NCBI GenBank assembly: GCA_035695445.1 | Contig: DASRSI010000009.1 | Coordinates: 9,974 to 73,973, forward strand | Source of the DNA: Candidatus Cybelea sp. | Lineage (GTDB): Bacteria; Vulcanimicrobiota; Vulcanimicrobiia; Vulcanimicrobiales; Vulcanimicrobiaceae | Length of the DNA: 64,000 nucleotides | Direction of reading: 5' to 3' | In this document: one piece after another, positions 1-8,972 of the stretch | How positions within the stretch are numbered: position 1 is the first letter of the stretch | Layout: each line of letters starts with the position of its first letter | Program-made: the position numbers and the translations under genes | Notes under the pieces: model-generated | Database searches by the model: none | Told to the model about the DNA's origin: nothing | The model's input: the letters and a program-made list of their open reading frames with translations, nothing else

Positions 1-1103
1 AAGGTCTTCGCGCCGACTAACGTACCGATACCGTCATCCTGCAGCGCGCCGGCGGTAATCTCGGATGCCGACGCCGTGTATTGATTTACCAGCACGGTCA
101 CCGGTAAGTTGATCGAAGGGTCGCCGTCGGCATCGATCGTCGTCGCGCGCTTGCCGCGCTCTTCAACCGTGAGCAGCGCTTTGTTGGCGATGAAGCGCGA
201 GCTGATGTCGAGCGCCGAGTTCACGTATCCGCCGCCGTCGTTGCGCAAATCGAGGATGAGCGCCTTCGCGCCGAGTCCGTTCAAGCGCGAGACCGCGGTA
301 TCGAACTCGTTGGGCGTCGCTTTGCCGAACTCCATGACCCAGATGTAGCCGATTCCGTTGGGGAGCATCTTGAAGACGACCGTCGGTGGCTGCACGTCTT
401 CCCGGGTGATCGAAAGGACCGAGGGTGCGGTCGTGCGCGAAATCGTTACCGCAACGGTCGTTCCGGCTTTTCCGCGGAGCCGCCCGCTGACGCTTTCGAC
501 GCTCTGACCCTTCGTGGGCTTTCCGTCGACGGCGGTGATCACGTCGCCGGCGGCCATTCCGGCGCGCTCGGCCGGCGTCGACGGCAGAACGTACGTCACG
601 CGGACGCAACCGCTGGTCGGGTCGGGTTCGATAATCACCCCGATGCCGCCGATCCGTTCCGGATCGAGCGCGTCGTTGAACGCTTTGAACTCGGCCGGCG
701 TGAAGAACTGCGTGTATCGGTCGTTCGTCGCCTTCGCCATTCCTACGATCGCGGCATACGCGAAATCGCTCGGCGAGGCGTGCGCGCTGTTCGCGGCAGA
801 CGTGATCGCCCCATCGAGTTCGGAGATGGTCGCGTCGCGATCGCCTTCGACTTTGAGCGCGGGCGGCGCGATCGTCACGCCGTGTTTGTGCGCGGCATCC
901 GCAAGTGCGTTAGCCGCAGCAGCAAGCAGCGTCTGCGGATCGACGGTGTCGTAATAGGTGCTCGTCAAGAGCGCAAAGCTCTCGGTCACGTCACCGACGA
1001 CTTGATAGGGAAGCGCTTGCGGTGCGGGTGTCGCACCCAAGCAGAGCGCGAGCAGAACGGAAGCGGCAACGGTACGTCCGACGAGCTCAGAAAACGGCAT
1101 CAT
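1..1103 (-). CDS. S41 family C-terminal processing peptidase (Ctp/Prc-like); 3' end runs off the window
   Basis: Absent from the ORF track because there is no stop in the window. Reverse translation from ATG 1103/1100 gives a signal-like N-terminus MMPFSELVGRTVAASVLLALCLGA. It also gives a PDZ-like segment PAERAGMAAGDVITAVDGKP and S41 core motifs ALILDLRNDGGGYVNSA and VLVNQYTASASEI. Confidence 0.85.
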   Translation of the reverse strand, partial: MMPFSELVGRTVAASVLLALCLGATPAPQALPYQVVGDVTESFALLTSTYYDTVDPQTLLAAAANALADAAHKHGVTIAPPALKVEGDRDATISELDGAITSAANSAHASPSDFAYAAIVGMAKATNDRYTQFFTPAEFKAFNDALDPERIGGIGVIIEPDPTSGCVRVTYVLPSTPAERAGMAAGDVITAVDGKPTKGQSVESVSGRLRGKAGTTVAVTISRTTAPSVLSITREDVQPPTVVFKMLPNGIGYIWVMEFGKATPNEFDTAVSRLNGLGAKALILDLRNDGGGYVNSALDISSRFIANKALLTVEERGKRATTIDADGDPSINLPVTVLVNQYTASASEITAGALQDDGIGTLVGAKT

Positions 1104-1146
1104 GGATCCTTCCTTCGATTCTTACCGTGATAACGCATAGCAAGCG

Positions 1147-2106
1147 TCAAGCGTTTCGGCTCGCCGCCGCTCGTGCGAGGCGGTCCATCATCGCGAGGCC
1201 CAGACCTAGAAGGGGGAAAGGCTGTGCGTCGATCCGCTCGATTCCAAGGGAATCGAGCTCGTGGAGCGCTTCGAAGAAGAATGCTGCTGCCTCGCGCAAG
1301 TCCCCTGCTCGAGAGAGCGTTCGCCCTGCCGCATAACCCTCGAACTCATCGCGCAGCGCGAGCCATCCGGCCCCACGGCGTTCTGCAGGCGGCACGCTCG
1401 CCGGGTCGATGAGTCGCAGGGGCGTTCGCGGGGCGTAATGGTGCGCGAGTCGCCCCGGAGCAGCCGCGGCAGCCGGTCCGCCCTCCCGATCGAGCGGGCC
1501 GGCGATGGCCTCGATCGCCTCGACGGGAATCGCTCCCGGCCGGAGCAGTACCGGGCGCGGCTCGAGAGCGACGATCGTCGACTCGAGACCGTGCTCGGTC
1601 GCGCCGGCGTCGAGAATCATATCGACCCGATCGCCGAGACCGCCGGCAACGTGCTGCGCCCGCGTGGGACTCAAGCCCCCGAACGGGTTCGCGCTTGGTG
1701 CAGCGAGCGGCGCCTCGGCCGCCGCGAGCAGCGCGCGGGCGATCGGATGCGAAGGCATACGCACGGCGACGTGCGAGAGGCCCGCCGTGACCAGATCCGG
1801 GAGCGCCGTTCTCTTCTCGAGCACCAGCGTCAGCGGGCCAGGCCAAAAATGTGCGGCGAGCCTTTGCGCCGCTTCCGGCATATCTGCGATCACTGCCGCG
1901 AGCATTTCGCGATCGAGCACGTGCACGATCAGCGGATCGAAGTTCGGCCGCGCTTTGATCTCGAAAATTCGTGCGACCGCGGCACGGTCGAAAGCGAGCG
2001 CTCCCAAGCCGTAGACGGTCTCGGTGGGGAACGCGACGACTCCGCCGCGACGCAACGTTTCGCCCGCTCGCGTAACGTTCTGCGAATCGGCCGGGAGGAT
2101 GGTCAC
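1147..2106 (-). CDS. tsaC: L-threonylcarbamoyladenylate synthase (Sua5/YwlC/TsaC family, long form)
   Basis: 319 aa. YrdC-fold motif GGVVAFPTETVYGLGA near the N-terminus, plus a Sua5-type C-terminal extension. Confidence 0.88.
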   Translation of the reverse strand: MTILPADSQNVTRAGETLRRGGVVAFPTETVYGLGALAFDRAAVARIFEIKARPNFDPLIVHVLDREMLAAVIADMPEAAQRLAAHFWPGPLTLVLEKRTALPDLVTAGLSHVAVRMPSHPIARALLAAAEAPLAAPSANPFGGLSPTRAQHVAGGLGDRVDMILDAGATEHGLESTIVALEPRPVLLRPGAIPVEAIEAIAGPLDREGGPAAAAAPGRLAHHYAPRTPLRLIDPASVPPAERRGAGWLALRDEFEGYAAGRTLSRAGDLREAAAFFFEALHELDSLGIERIDAQPFPLLGLGLAMMDRLARAAASRNA

Positions 2107-2146
2107 GAGGAAGGGATGGAGCCCGACCCCGGACGATACCTTTTAA

Positions 2147-3487
2147 ATGCGGCTTTTAGCGCGCGCCGTGCTCGTCGTCGCGGTGATGCTCCCCATCTTG
2201 CTCGACGGCTGCAGCAGCGGGGGCGGCGGCTCGTCCCCGTCGGGGCCGCTGCCCCCGCCGCCTCCGGCGAAAGCGGGTAAATACTTCACCCACATCGTGA
2301 TCATCATTCAAGAGAACCGTACGTTCGATAACCTCTTCGCAACGTTTCCCGGCGCCGACGGAGCGACGCGCGGCAAGACGAGTAAAGGCGGAACGATCCC
2401 CCTGCGTAAGGCCAATCTCGATAGCACGATCTCGCCGAACAACGGCTATCTCTTCTGGAAGCGAGACTGGAATAACGGGAAGATGAACGGCTTCGACACC
2501 GTTCCGGTCGGAAAATCTCCCGGGACGTACGTCTACCAGTACGTCGATCCCAATCAGATTCGCCCGTATTGGGATCTCGCGGAGCGGTACGTACTCGCCG
2601 ATCACACCTTTCAAACGCAAGGCAGCGGAAGCTTTACCGCGCATCAAGATCTCATTCGCGGCGGTACTGAGGTCAACACCGACAAGAGCCTGATCGATTT
2701 TCCCAGCTCCGCGCCGTGGGGATGCGATTCGCCGGCGGGAACGCGAACCTCGCTGATTACCGAAAGCAATCAATACGAGCATCTTCAGGGACCGTTTCCG
2801 TGCCTCACCTATCGTACGCTGCGCGATTTGCTCGATGCCAATGGCGTTTCGTGGCGATACTATACGCCGTCGATCGGCGGCTTTGCCGGAAACCTTTGGA
2901 ACGCTTTCGACTCAATCGCGGCGGTGCGTCAAGGACCGGAGTGGACGACGAACGTCATCTCGCCGGAGACCGACGTTTTTACCGATATCAGCCGCAATAC
3001 GTTGCCCGCCATCTCGTGGGTGATTCCGGACCTTCGCAACTCCGATCACCCCGGCACGAACTTCGATAGCGGCCCCTCATGGGTCGCCGGCGTCGTCAAT
3101 GCGATCGGAGAGAGTCCCGCGTGGAAGACGACCGCAATCCTCATCGTGTGGGACGATTGGGGCGGATGGTACGATCACGTTCCGCCGCCGGGCAAGCGCC
3201 AGTACGGCGGCTTGGGCTTTCGATTTCCGTTCATCACCGTCGCTCCGTATGCCAAGGCCGGCTACATCGCACATGCCGAGTACCAAACGGGTAGCATCGT
3301 GCGTTTCGTCGAGGACAATTGGGATCTCGGGCGCCTCGGTACGACCGACGAAGAATCCGCCAGCTTTGTCAACGACTTTTTCGATTTCACTCAGAACCCG
3401 CGCAAGTACGTGCCGATTCAAGCACCGTACTCCAAAACGTATTTGCTGAAGCAGCCTCCGTCGAACGAGCCGGTCGACACGGAATAA
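2147..3487 (+). CDS. Phosphoesterase-family (AcpA acid phosphatase / phospholipase C-like) lipoprotein, clade A copy A1
   Basis: ATG at 2147; lipobox LLDGC. Motifs [52 protein letters not shown] and GLGFRFP. C-terminal tail PVDTE. Confidence 0.9.
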   Translation: MRLLARAVLVVAVMLPILLDGCSSGGGGSSPSGPLPPPPPAKAGKYFTHIVIIIQENRTFDNLFATFPGADGATRGKTSKGGTIPLRKANLDSTISPNNGYLFWKRDWNNGKMNGFDTVPVGKSPGTYVYQYVDPNQIRPYWDLAERYVLADHTFQTQGSGSFTAHQDLIRGGTEVNTDKSLIDFPSSAPWGCDSPAGTRTSLITESNQYEHLQGPFPCLTYRTLRDLLDANGVSWRYYTPSIGGFAGNLWNAFDSIAAVRQGPEWTTNVISPETDVFTDISRNTLPAISWVIPDLRNSDHPGTNFDSGPSWVAGVVNAIGESPAWKTTAILIVWDDWGGWYDHVPPPGKRQYGGLGFRFPFITVAPYAKAGYIAHAEYQTGSIVRFVEDNWDLGRLGTTDEESASFVNDFFDFTQNPRKYVPIQAPYSKTYLLKQPPSNEPVDTE

Positions 3488-3489
3488 AA

Positions 3490-4833
3490 GTGACCAAGAT
3501 TAGTGACGCATATCAACCATTGGCCCGCACGCGATCCGTCAAATGGAAGGCCGTAGCAGATGGCGAACCCTCGCCAGACTTCGGTATGCATATTTTAGAA
3601 AGATCCTGGGGGGCAATTGCCCCGAAAACGCGAGTACAGAGCGTGCCCGTCGTCCTCTCCGACTTCGAGCGCGTCGACGTCACTGCGCCCGTCGCGCAAG
3701 ACGAGCTCAAAGAGATTCAAGCGCACTTTATGACGATCGCGCAGGGCGCTGCGCGCGGACTCACCGACCCGAGCGAGCGCGAACAGCTCGCGACCAATCT
3801 GCGAGAACGCATGGCGCGCTACGGAACTTCATCGGAATATATTGCGCAACGCCAGGTCAGCGTGCTCACCTCGTGTTTCGTCAAAGCCGATGCCGATAAT
3901 TCCTCGGAGCTGGTGCAGCGTTACGGCAACCTTCGCGCGCCGACCGGCGAAGCGCTCGACGAACGGATGACGCTCTTCGAAGAAGTTGCCTGCGACGTCT
4001 TCGAGCGCGTCTATCGCGATACCGAAGCACCGGCACCCGACGACATCGTGCACGTCAGCTGCTCGGGCTACGTGTCGCCGAGCCCCGTCCAAACGTTTCT
4101 CTCGCGGCGCGGATGGCTCAACGTGGGCGTCACGCACTCGTATCACATGGGATGCTACGGTGCGTTTCCCGCGATCCGTACGGCCGTCGGTCTGGTCGGA
4201 TCGTCCTACGTCTCGCTCACAAAGCAGAAGCGCCGCGTCGATCTGGTTCACACCGAGTTTCTCTCGCTCCACTTCGACCTGCTCGGCGACGAGCCCGATA
4301 ACTTCGTTACCTCGACGCTCTTTGCCGACGGTTTCATCAAGTATTCGGCCTATCCCGAAGCATCGTTTCCGAAGCAGGGCCGCAGCGGGCTCAAGGTACT
4401 CGCGATTGACGAACATATTCTTCCCGACTCGCTGCCCGAGATGACGCTGCGGCCCGGTCCGCTGCAGTTCGACATGTCGCTCTCTAAGCGCGTGCCGTTC
4501 ATGATCCGCGACTCGGTCGCCGATTTCGTCCACGCGCTCTGCGCGCAGACCGGTCTCGATTTCGAGCGCGAGAAGGAGTCGATGATCTTTGCAATCCACC
4601 CCGGCGGTCCGGCGATCCTCAACCAGATCCGCAACCGCCTCGGCATCGAGGAGTCGCAGGTCGCGCTGAGCCGCCGCGTGCTCCACGAGCATGGCAACAT
4701 GGCCTCGGCCACCGCGCCCCACATCTGGCAGCACATCGTGGAATCGCCCTCGATTCCCACCGGGTCGAAGGTGCTGAGCATGGCATTCGGACCCGGCTTA
4801 ACGGTTATAGGCGCACTCTTCGAGAAAGTGTAG
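3490..4833 (+). CDS. Type III polyketide synthase (chalcone/stilbene synthase superfamily)
   Basis: C-terminal signatures AIHPGGPAILNQI, HEHGNMASATAPHI and FGPGLTVIGALFEKV; candidate active-site Cys in VSCSGYVSPSP. The track ORF start (3319) lies inside the upstream gene. The in-frame GTG at 3490 sits 3 nt after the upstream stop. ATG 3586 is an alternative start. Confidence 0.82.
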   Translation: MTKISDAYQPLARTRSVKWKAVADGEPSPDFGMHILERSWGAIAPKTRVQSVPVVLSDFERVDVTAPVAQDELKEIQAHFMTIAQGAARGLTDPSEREQLATNLRERMARYGTSSEYIAQRQVSVLTSCFVKADADNSSELVQRYGNLRAPTGEALDERMTLFEEVACDVFERVYRDTEAPAPDDIVHVSCSGYVSPSPVQTFLSRRGWLNVGVTHSYHMGCYGAFPAIRTAVGLVGSSYVSLTKQKRRVDLVHTEFLSLHFDLLGDEPDNFVTSTLFADGFIKYSAYPEASFPKQGRSGLKVLAIDEHILPDSLPEMTLRPGPLQFDMSLSKRVPFMIRDSVADFVHALCAQTGLDFEREKESMIFAIHPGGPAILNQIRNRLGIEESQVALSRRVLHEHGNMASATAPHIWQHIVESPSIPTGSKVLSMAFGPGLTVIGALFEKV

Positions 4834-4839
4834 GCCCCG

Positions 4840-6006
4840 ATGGCTACCACCGAGACCAAGACACCGCAGAAATTCTCCGTGCCGAGCCCTTTCTATTGGA
4901 GCGTGCGGACCGTCCATGCGGCCGCTCCGCTCTTCGTTGGGCTTGGAAATCTCGAATCGCTGATGCTCTCGCGCAGCATAGCAGCGCAACAAGTCGATCG
5001 CCCGGTCTATATCTGCGGACTTCCGCGGGCCGGCACCACGATCACGCTGCAGATGCTCAGCGAGCATCCCGACGTCGCGACCCACAAGTACGCCGATTTT
5101 CTCATGCCCTACATGCCGTGGGTCTGGAACAACGTCTTCCCGCGCATTCCGGTCGACGCGATGCGCAAGCCGGTTCCGCGCATTCACCGCGATCGCATCG
5201 AGGTGACGCGCGACAGCGCCGAGATGGGCGAGGAGATCTTATGGGAACACTTCTTCCCCTTCGTCCACGACGAATCGAAGTATAGCGTCCTCGACGGTTC
5301 GGTCTCCAATCCGAGCTTCGAACGTTTTTACAGCGAGCATTTGCGCAAGCTCGCGCTGGTGCGCGGGCGCGACCGCTACGTCAGCAAAGCGATTCTCTGC
5401 GTTTTGCGCATGCAGTACCTGCGCAAGATTTTTCCCGACGCGCGGTTCCTGCTCTACGTCCGCAACCCCATCGATCACGTCGCGTCGCTGATCAAACAGG
5501 ACCGCATTTGGGCCGAGCTCGAGCGCAGCGATCCGCGCCAGATCGAGATCATCGAGCTTACCGGACACCACGAGTTCGGCACGCGTCAGGTGATGGCGAA
5601 CGTGGGCGACCCGCAGCGGCTCGCCGAAATTCGCCGGCTCTTCGACGACGGCAAGTGGGCGCAGTCACGTGCGCGTTATTGGGCCTACGTCTACGGCTTT
5701 GTTGCCAAACAACTCGATTCGGATCCCGAGCTCGCGCGCAGCGTCTGCGTCGTGCGCTACGAGGATCTCTGTAACGACTCCCCGGGGACGATCGATCGCA
5801 TTCTCGCGCATACCGGCCTCGATGCGCCGAGCTTCGCCGCGGCGAAGGCAAAATACAGCGAGAAGCTTTCGTTCCCGGACTACTACAAACCGACGTTCAC
5901 CGCCGACGTCATGGATGAGATCGTCGCATGCACCTCCGAAACGGCCAAACGATTCGATTACGATGTTCCCGCCATCGCCCAGAGAGTCGGCGTTGTTCCG
6001 ACGTGA
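4840..6006 (+). CDS. PAPS-dependent sulfotransferase family protein
   Basis: 5'-PSB loop-like motif GLPRAGTTITLQML near the N-terminus. 388 aa. Starts 6 nt after the PKS stop. Confidence 0.75.
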   Translation: MATTETKTPQKFSVPSPFYWSVRTVHAAAPLFVGLGNLESLMLSRSIAAQQVDRPVYICGLPRAGTTITLQMLSEHPDVATHKYADFLMPYMPWVWNNVFPRIPVDAMRKPVPRIHRDRIEVTRDSAEMGEEILWEHFFPFVHDESKYSVLDGSVSNPSFERFYSEHLRKLALVRGRDRYVSKAILCVLRMQYLRKIFPDARFLLYVRNPIDHVASLIKQDRIWAELERSDPRQIEIIELTGHHEFGTRQVMANVGDPQRLAEIRRLFDDGKWAQSRARYWAYVYGFVAKQLDSDPELARSVCVVRYEDLCNDSPGTIDRILAHTGLDAPSFAAAKAKYSEKLSFPDYYKPTFTADVMDEIVACTSETAKRFDYDVPAIAQRVGVVPT

Positions 6007-7424
6007 CGCTTCGCGCCCGCGCTCTCTGCTCTTGGGCGATTGCCGCTAGCTTCGCGCTGACCGCCTGCGGCGGCGGATCGAACGGCCTCGCGCCCGTCTC
6101 GAGTCCCGGCAGCCGCCAACAGGGCTCCGGAAGCTCGCCGATCCAGCACGTCATCCTGATCGTTCAGGAGAATCGCACCTTCAACAATCTCTTTGCCGGC
6201 TTTCCGGGTGCGACCAGCACGATGACCGGCGCAGAACTGGTCAAACAAGGCAGCAAATACGTCGAGCAGCCGCTCGCGCTGAGCGAAGCCAAGCTCTACG
6301 ACAAGACGAACATCGCGCATCTCTACAAAGCATTTTTGACCGGCTGGCAGAAGGGCGCGATGGACGGTTTCAGTCTCATCAAATTCACGCGCAGCGGCCA
6401 GCCCGAAGGCAAGACGCCGTATCAATACGTCAATCCCGCGCAGATCGTACCCTACCGCACGATGGCGGCGCAGTGGGGTCTTGCAGACGAAATGTTCCAG
6501 ACTCAGGGCAGCGACAGTTTCACCGCCCACCAGGATTTGATTCGCGGAGGCACCTTCGTCAGTCCGGACTCGAGCATGATCGATCCGCCAACGGCGCCTT
6601 ACACGTGGGGTTGCGATTCGAACCCCGGCACGAAGACGACCATCATCACGAAGAAGTTGCAGCTCAAGGTCGACAAAGGTCCCTTCCCCTGCTCGAACGC
6701 GTTTCCGAATTACGGCGGCAAAGGTTACGACACGCTGCGCGACTTGCTCGACGCGAAGTCGCTCTCGTGGAAATACTATACGCCGACCTTCGAACGGAAG
6801 GCCCCCAACGGCATGTGGAATGCCTTCGACGTGATCGCGCCGGTGCGGTACGGCCCGGAGTGGACCGATAATATCTCCTCGCCCGAAACGACGATCCTCA
6901 GTGACATCAGTAACAACAAGCTGCCGGCAATGTCGTGGGTGATTCCCGACGCCGCGAACTCCGATCACCCCGGCTACGGCGGCAAGGATACCGGACCGTC
7001 GTGGGTCGCGGATATCGTCAATGCGATCGGTGGAAGTTCGTATTGGAATACGACCGCGGTCATCGTCGTCTGGGATGATTGGGGCGGTTTTTACGATCCG
7101 GTTCCTCCGCCGCCGAGGGATCATCAAGGTGGTCCCGGTTTCCGCGTTCCGATGATCGTCGTCTCGCCCTACGTCATTGCGGGAAGCGGCAGCCAAAACG
7201 GGTATGTCTCCCATACGGTCTATGGGTTCGGCAGCATCTTACGATTCATCGAAGACAACTTTGGGCTCGGCCGGCTCGGAACGACCGATTCCACCTGTAC
7301 CAGCATCGGCGACATGTTCGACCTCAGCCAATCGCCGCGCAGCTTCCAAACGATTCCAACGAAGTACTCGAAGCAGTACTTCTTACGCGAGAGGCCGTCG
7401 AACTTGCCGGTCGATACGGAGTAG
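6003..7424 (+). CDS. Phosphoesterase-family lipoprotein, clade A copy A2
   Basis: In-frame GTG at 6003 overlaps the sulfotransferase stop (GTGA) and gives the signal VTLRARALCSWAIAASFALTAC. Motifs [52 protein letters not shown] and GPGFRVP. Tail PVDTE. Confidence 0.9.
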   Translation: MTLRARALCSWAIAASFALTACGGGSNGLAPVSSPGSRQQGSGSSPIQHVILIVQENRTFNNLFAGFPGATSTMTGAELVKQGSKYVEQPLALSEAKLYDKTNIAHLYKAFLTGWQKGAMDGFSLIKFTRSGQPEGKTPYQYVNPAQIVPYRTMAAQWGLADEMFQTQGSDSFTAHQDLIRGGTFVSPDSSMIDPPTAPYTWGCDSNPGTKTTIITKKLQLKVDKGPFPCSNAFPNYGGKGYDTLRDLLDAKSLSWKYYTPTFERKAPNGMWNAFDVIAPVRYGPEWTDNISSPETTILSDISNNKLPAMSWVIPDAANSDHPGYGGKDTGPSWVADIVNAIGGSSYWNTTAVIVVWDDWGGFYDPVPPPPRDHQGGPGFRVPMIVVSPYVIAGSGSQNGYVSHTVYGFGSILRFIEDNFGLGRLGTTDSTCTSIGDMFDLSQSPRSFQTIPTKYSKQYFLRERPSNLPVDTE

Positions 7425-8841
7425 CACCGCGGTCCGTCTAGCGTATCTTCCGACGCTCGCGGCAATTCTTGCCCTCGCCGGCTGCGGTGGCAGAGGATTC
7501 TCAGCGCTCCTTCCGCCGTCGGGAGCGAACGAGCCGCCGGCGAGTTCGGCACCAAAGATCAAGCACATCGTGCTGATGATTCAGGAGAATCGCACCTTCA
7601 ACAATCTCTTCGCCGGTTTTCCGAAGGCGAAAAGTTCGTTGACGGGTGTCGAGCTCGTCAAACAAGGCGGCCATCGCGTCAAAAAGACGGTCAATCTCAC
7701 CAAAGCCAATCTCACGTTCAAGGGTAACCTCGTCCATCTCTACGCCGCCTATCAAATCGCGTGGCAGAAGGGCGACATGGACGGCTTCAACCTGAACAAA
7801 TACGTGGTGAACGGCCAGCCGGAAGGATTAGCGCCGTATCAATACGTCGATCCTTCGCAGATTCAGCCCTACCGCACGCTGGCGGCGCAGTGGGGACTCG
7901 CCGATGAGATGTTTCAGACGCAGGGCAGCGACAGTTTCACCGCCCATCAAGACTTGATTCGCGGCGGCACGTTTATCAACCCGACCGAAAGCCTGATCGA
8001 TCCGCCGACCTCACCCGACGCGTGGGGTTGCGATTCGTCACAGGGTTCGAAGACGCAGCTGATTACGACCCAACTCAAATATCTGAAAAACGCCGGGCCA
8101 TTTCCGTGCACGAAAGACTTTCCGGATTACACAACCTACGGCTACAAGACGCTGCGCGACCTGCTCGATGCAAAATCGCTCTCGTGGAAGTACTACGCGC
8201 CGCCGTTCGCCCATTCGCAGCCGAACGGCCTGTGGAATGCCTTCGATCTTGTCGCGGCGGTTCGTTATGGCAGCGAATGGACGACGAATATTTCCTCGCC
8301 CGAGACCAACGTGCTATCAGACGTCCAGCACGGGAAGTTGCCGGCACTGTCGTGGGTGATTCCCGACGCCGCAAACTCCGACCATCCGGGTTACGCGGCG
8401 CACGACACCGGACCGTCGTGGATCGCGAGCGTCGTCAACGCGATCGGCCAGAGCAAATACTGGGACTCGACTGCGGTCATCGTCGTGTGGGACGACTGGG
8501 GCGGCTTCTACGATCCGGTCGCGCCGCCGCCGCAGGACGATCAAGGCGGCCCCGGCTTCCGCGTCGCTATGATCGTCGCGTCGCCCTACGTGCGACTCGG
8601 AAGCAACGGCAAACCGGGCTACGTCTCGCATACCCTCTACTCGTTCGGCAGCATCGTCCGCTTCATCGAAGATACGTTCAACCTGGGAAGGCTGGGAACG
8701 ACCGACTCCACCTGCACGAGTATCGGCAATATGTTCGATTTCACGCAATCTCCGCGCACGTTCACAAAGATTCAAGCGCGCTACACGCGCTCGTTCTTCC
8801 TCCACCAACGCCCCTCGGGCCTACCGGTCGACACCGACTAG
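7414..8841 (+). CDS. Phosphoesterase-family lipoprotein, clade A copy A3 (start uncertain)
   Basis: Motifs [52 protein letters not shown]; tail PVDTD. Lipobox LALAGC at about 7480. No ATG/GTG/TTG lies between the A2 stop (7424) and the lipobox. The nearest plausible initiator is ATA 7414. The track start 7177 and TTG 7261 lie deep inside A2. Confidence 0.85.
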   Translation: MRSSTAVRLAYLPTLAAILALAGCGGRGFSALLPPSGANEPPASSAPKIKHIVLMIQENRTFNNLFAGFPKAKSSLTGVELVKQGGHRVKKTVNLTKANLTFKGNLVHLYAAYQIAWQKGDMDGFNLNKYVVNGQPEGLAPYQYVDPSQIQPYRTLAAQWGLADEMFQTQGSDSFTAHQDLIRGGTFINPTESLIDPPTSPDAWGCDSSQGSKTQLITTQLKYLKNAGPFPCTKDFPDYTTYGYKTLRDLLDAKSLSWKYYAPPFAHSQPNGLWNAFDLVAAVRYGSEWTTNISSPETNVLSDVQHGKLPALSWVIPDAANSDHPGYAAHDTGPSWIASVVNAIGQSKYWDSTAVIVVWDDWGGFYDPVAPPPQDDQGGPGFRVAMIVASPYVRLGSNGKPGYVSHTLYSFGSIVRFIEDTFNLGRLGTTDSTCTSIGNMFDFTQSPRTFTKIQARYTRSFFLHQRPSGLPVDTD

Positions 8842-8846
8842 CGCAT

Positions 8847-8962
8847 CCCTTCGCGGTTCGCCCTTCGTGGTTCGCCCTTCGTGGTTCGCCCTTCGACTAC
8901 GCATCGCTTCGCGATGCTACGCTCAGGATGACACGGGTTGGGTCGCTACGCTCACCATGACA
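8847..8962. repeat. REP/MITE-like element, copy a (intergenic, between convergent A3 and B1)
   Basis: Three tandem GGTTCGCCCTTCG units, then CCCTTCGACTACGC. This is followed by the hairpin GCATCGC-TTC-GCGATGC, then CTACGCTCAGGATGACA and a second degenerate GCTACGCTCACCATGACA. Confidence 0.8.
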
Positions 8963-8972
8963 AGGTGTGAGG

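Noticed and set aside
5958-7214. Long antisense or out-of-frame ORFs overlapping nearly every real gene. Examples: 5958-7214(-), 10723-11712(+), 11823-12932(+), 23112-24173(+), 24406-25287(-), 26056-27186(+), 30303-31358(+), 31553-32704(+), 35969-36808(+), 39178-40149(+), 40675-42372(-), 44288-45511(-), 45484-46785(-), 53447-54796(+).
   Set aside because: They are Arg/Gly/Asp-rich with no recognisable motifs or signal peptides. Each lies opposite an ORF with strong family signatures. They are typical stop-codon-poor shadow frames of high-GC DNA.
8847-8900. Three tandem GGTTCGCCCTTCG units, considered as a possible CRISPR or satellite array.
   Set aside because: The units are only about 13 nt long with no spacers, and there are only three. 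They form the left arm of the REP/MITE-like element that recurs elsewhere. No cas genes are present.
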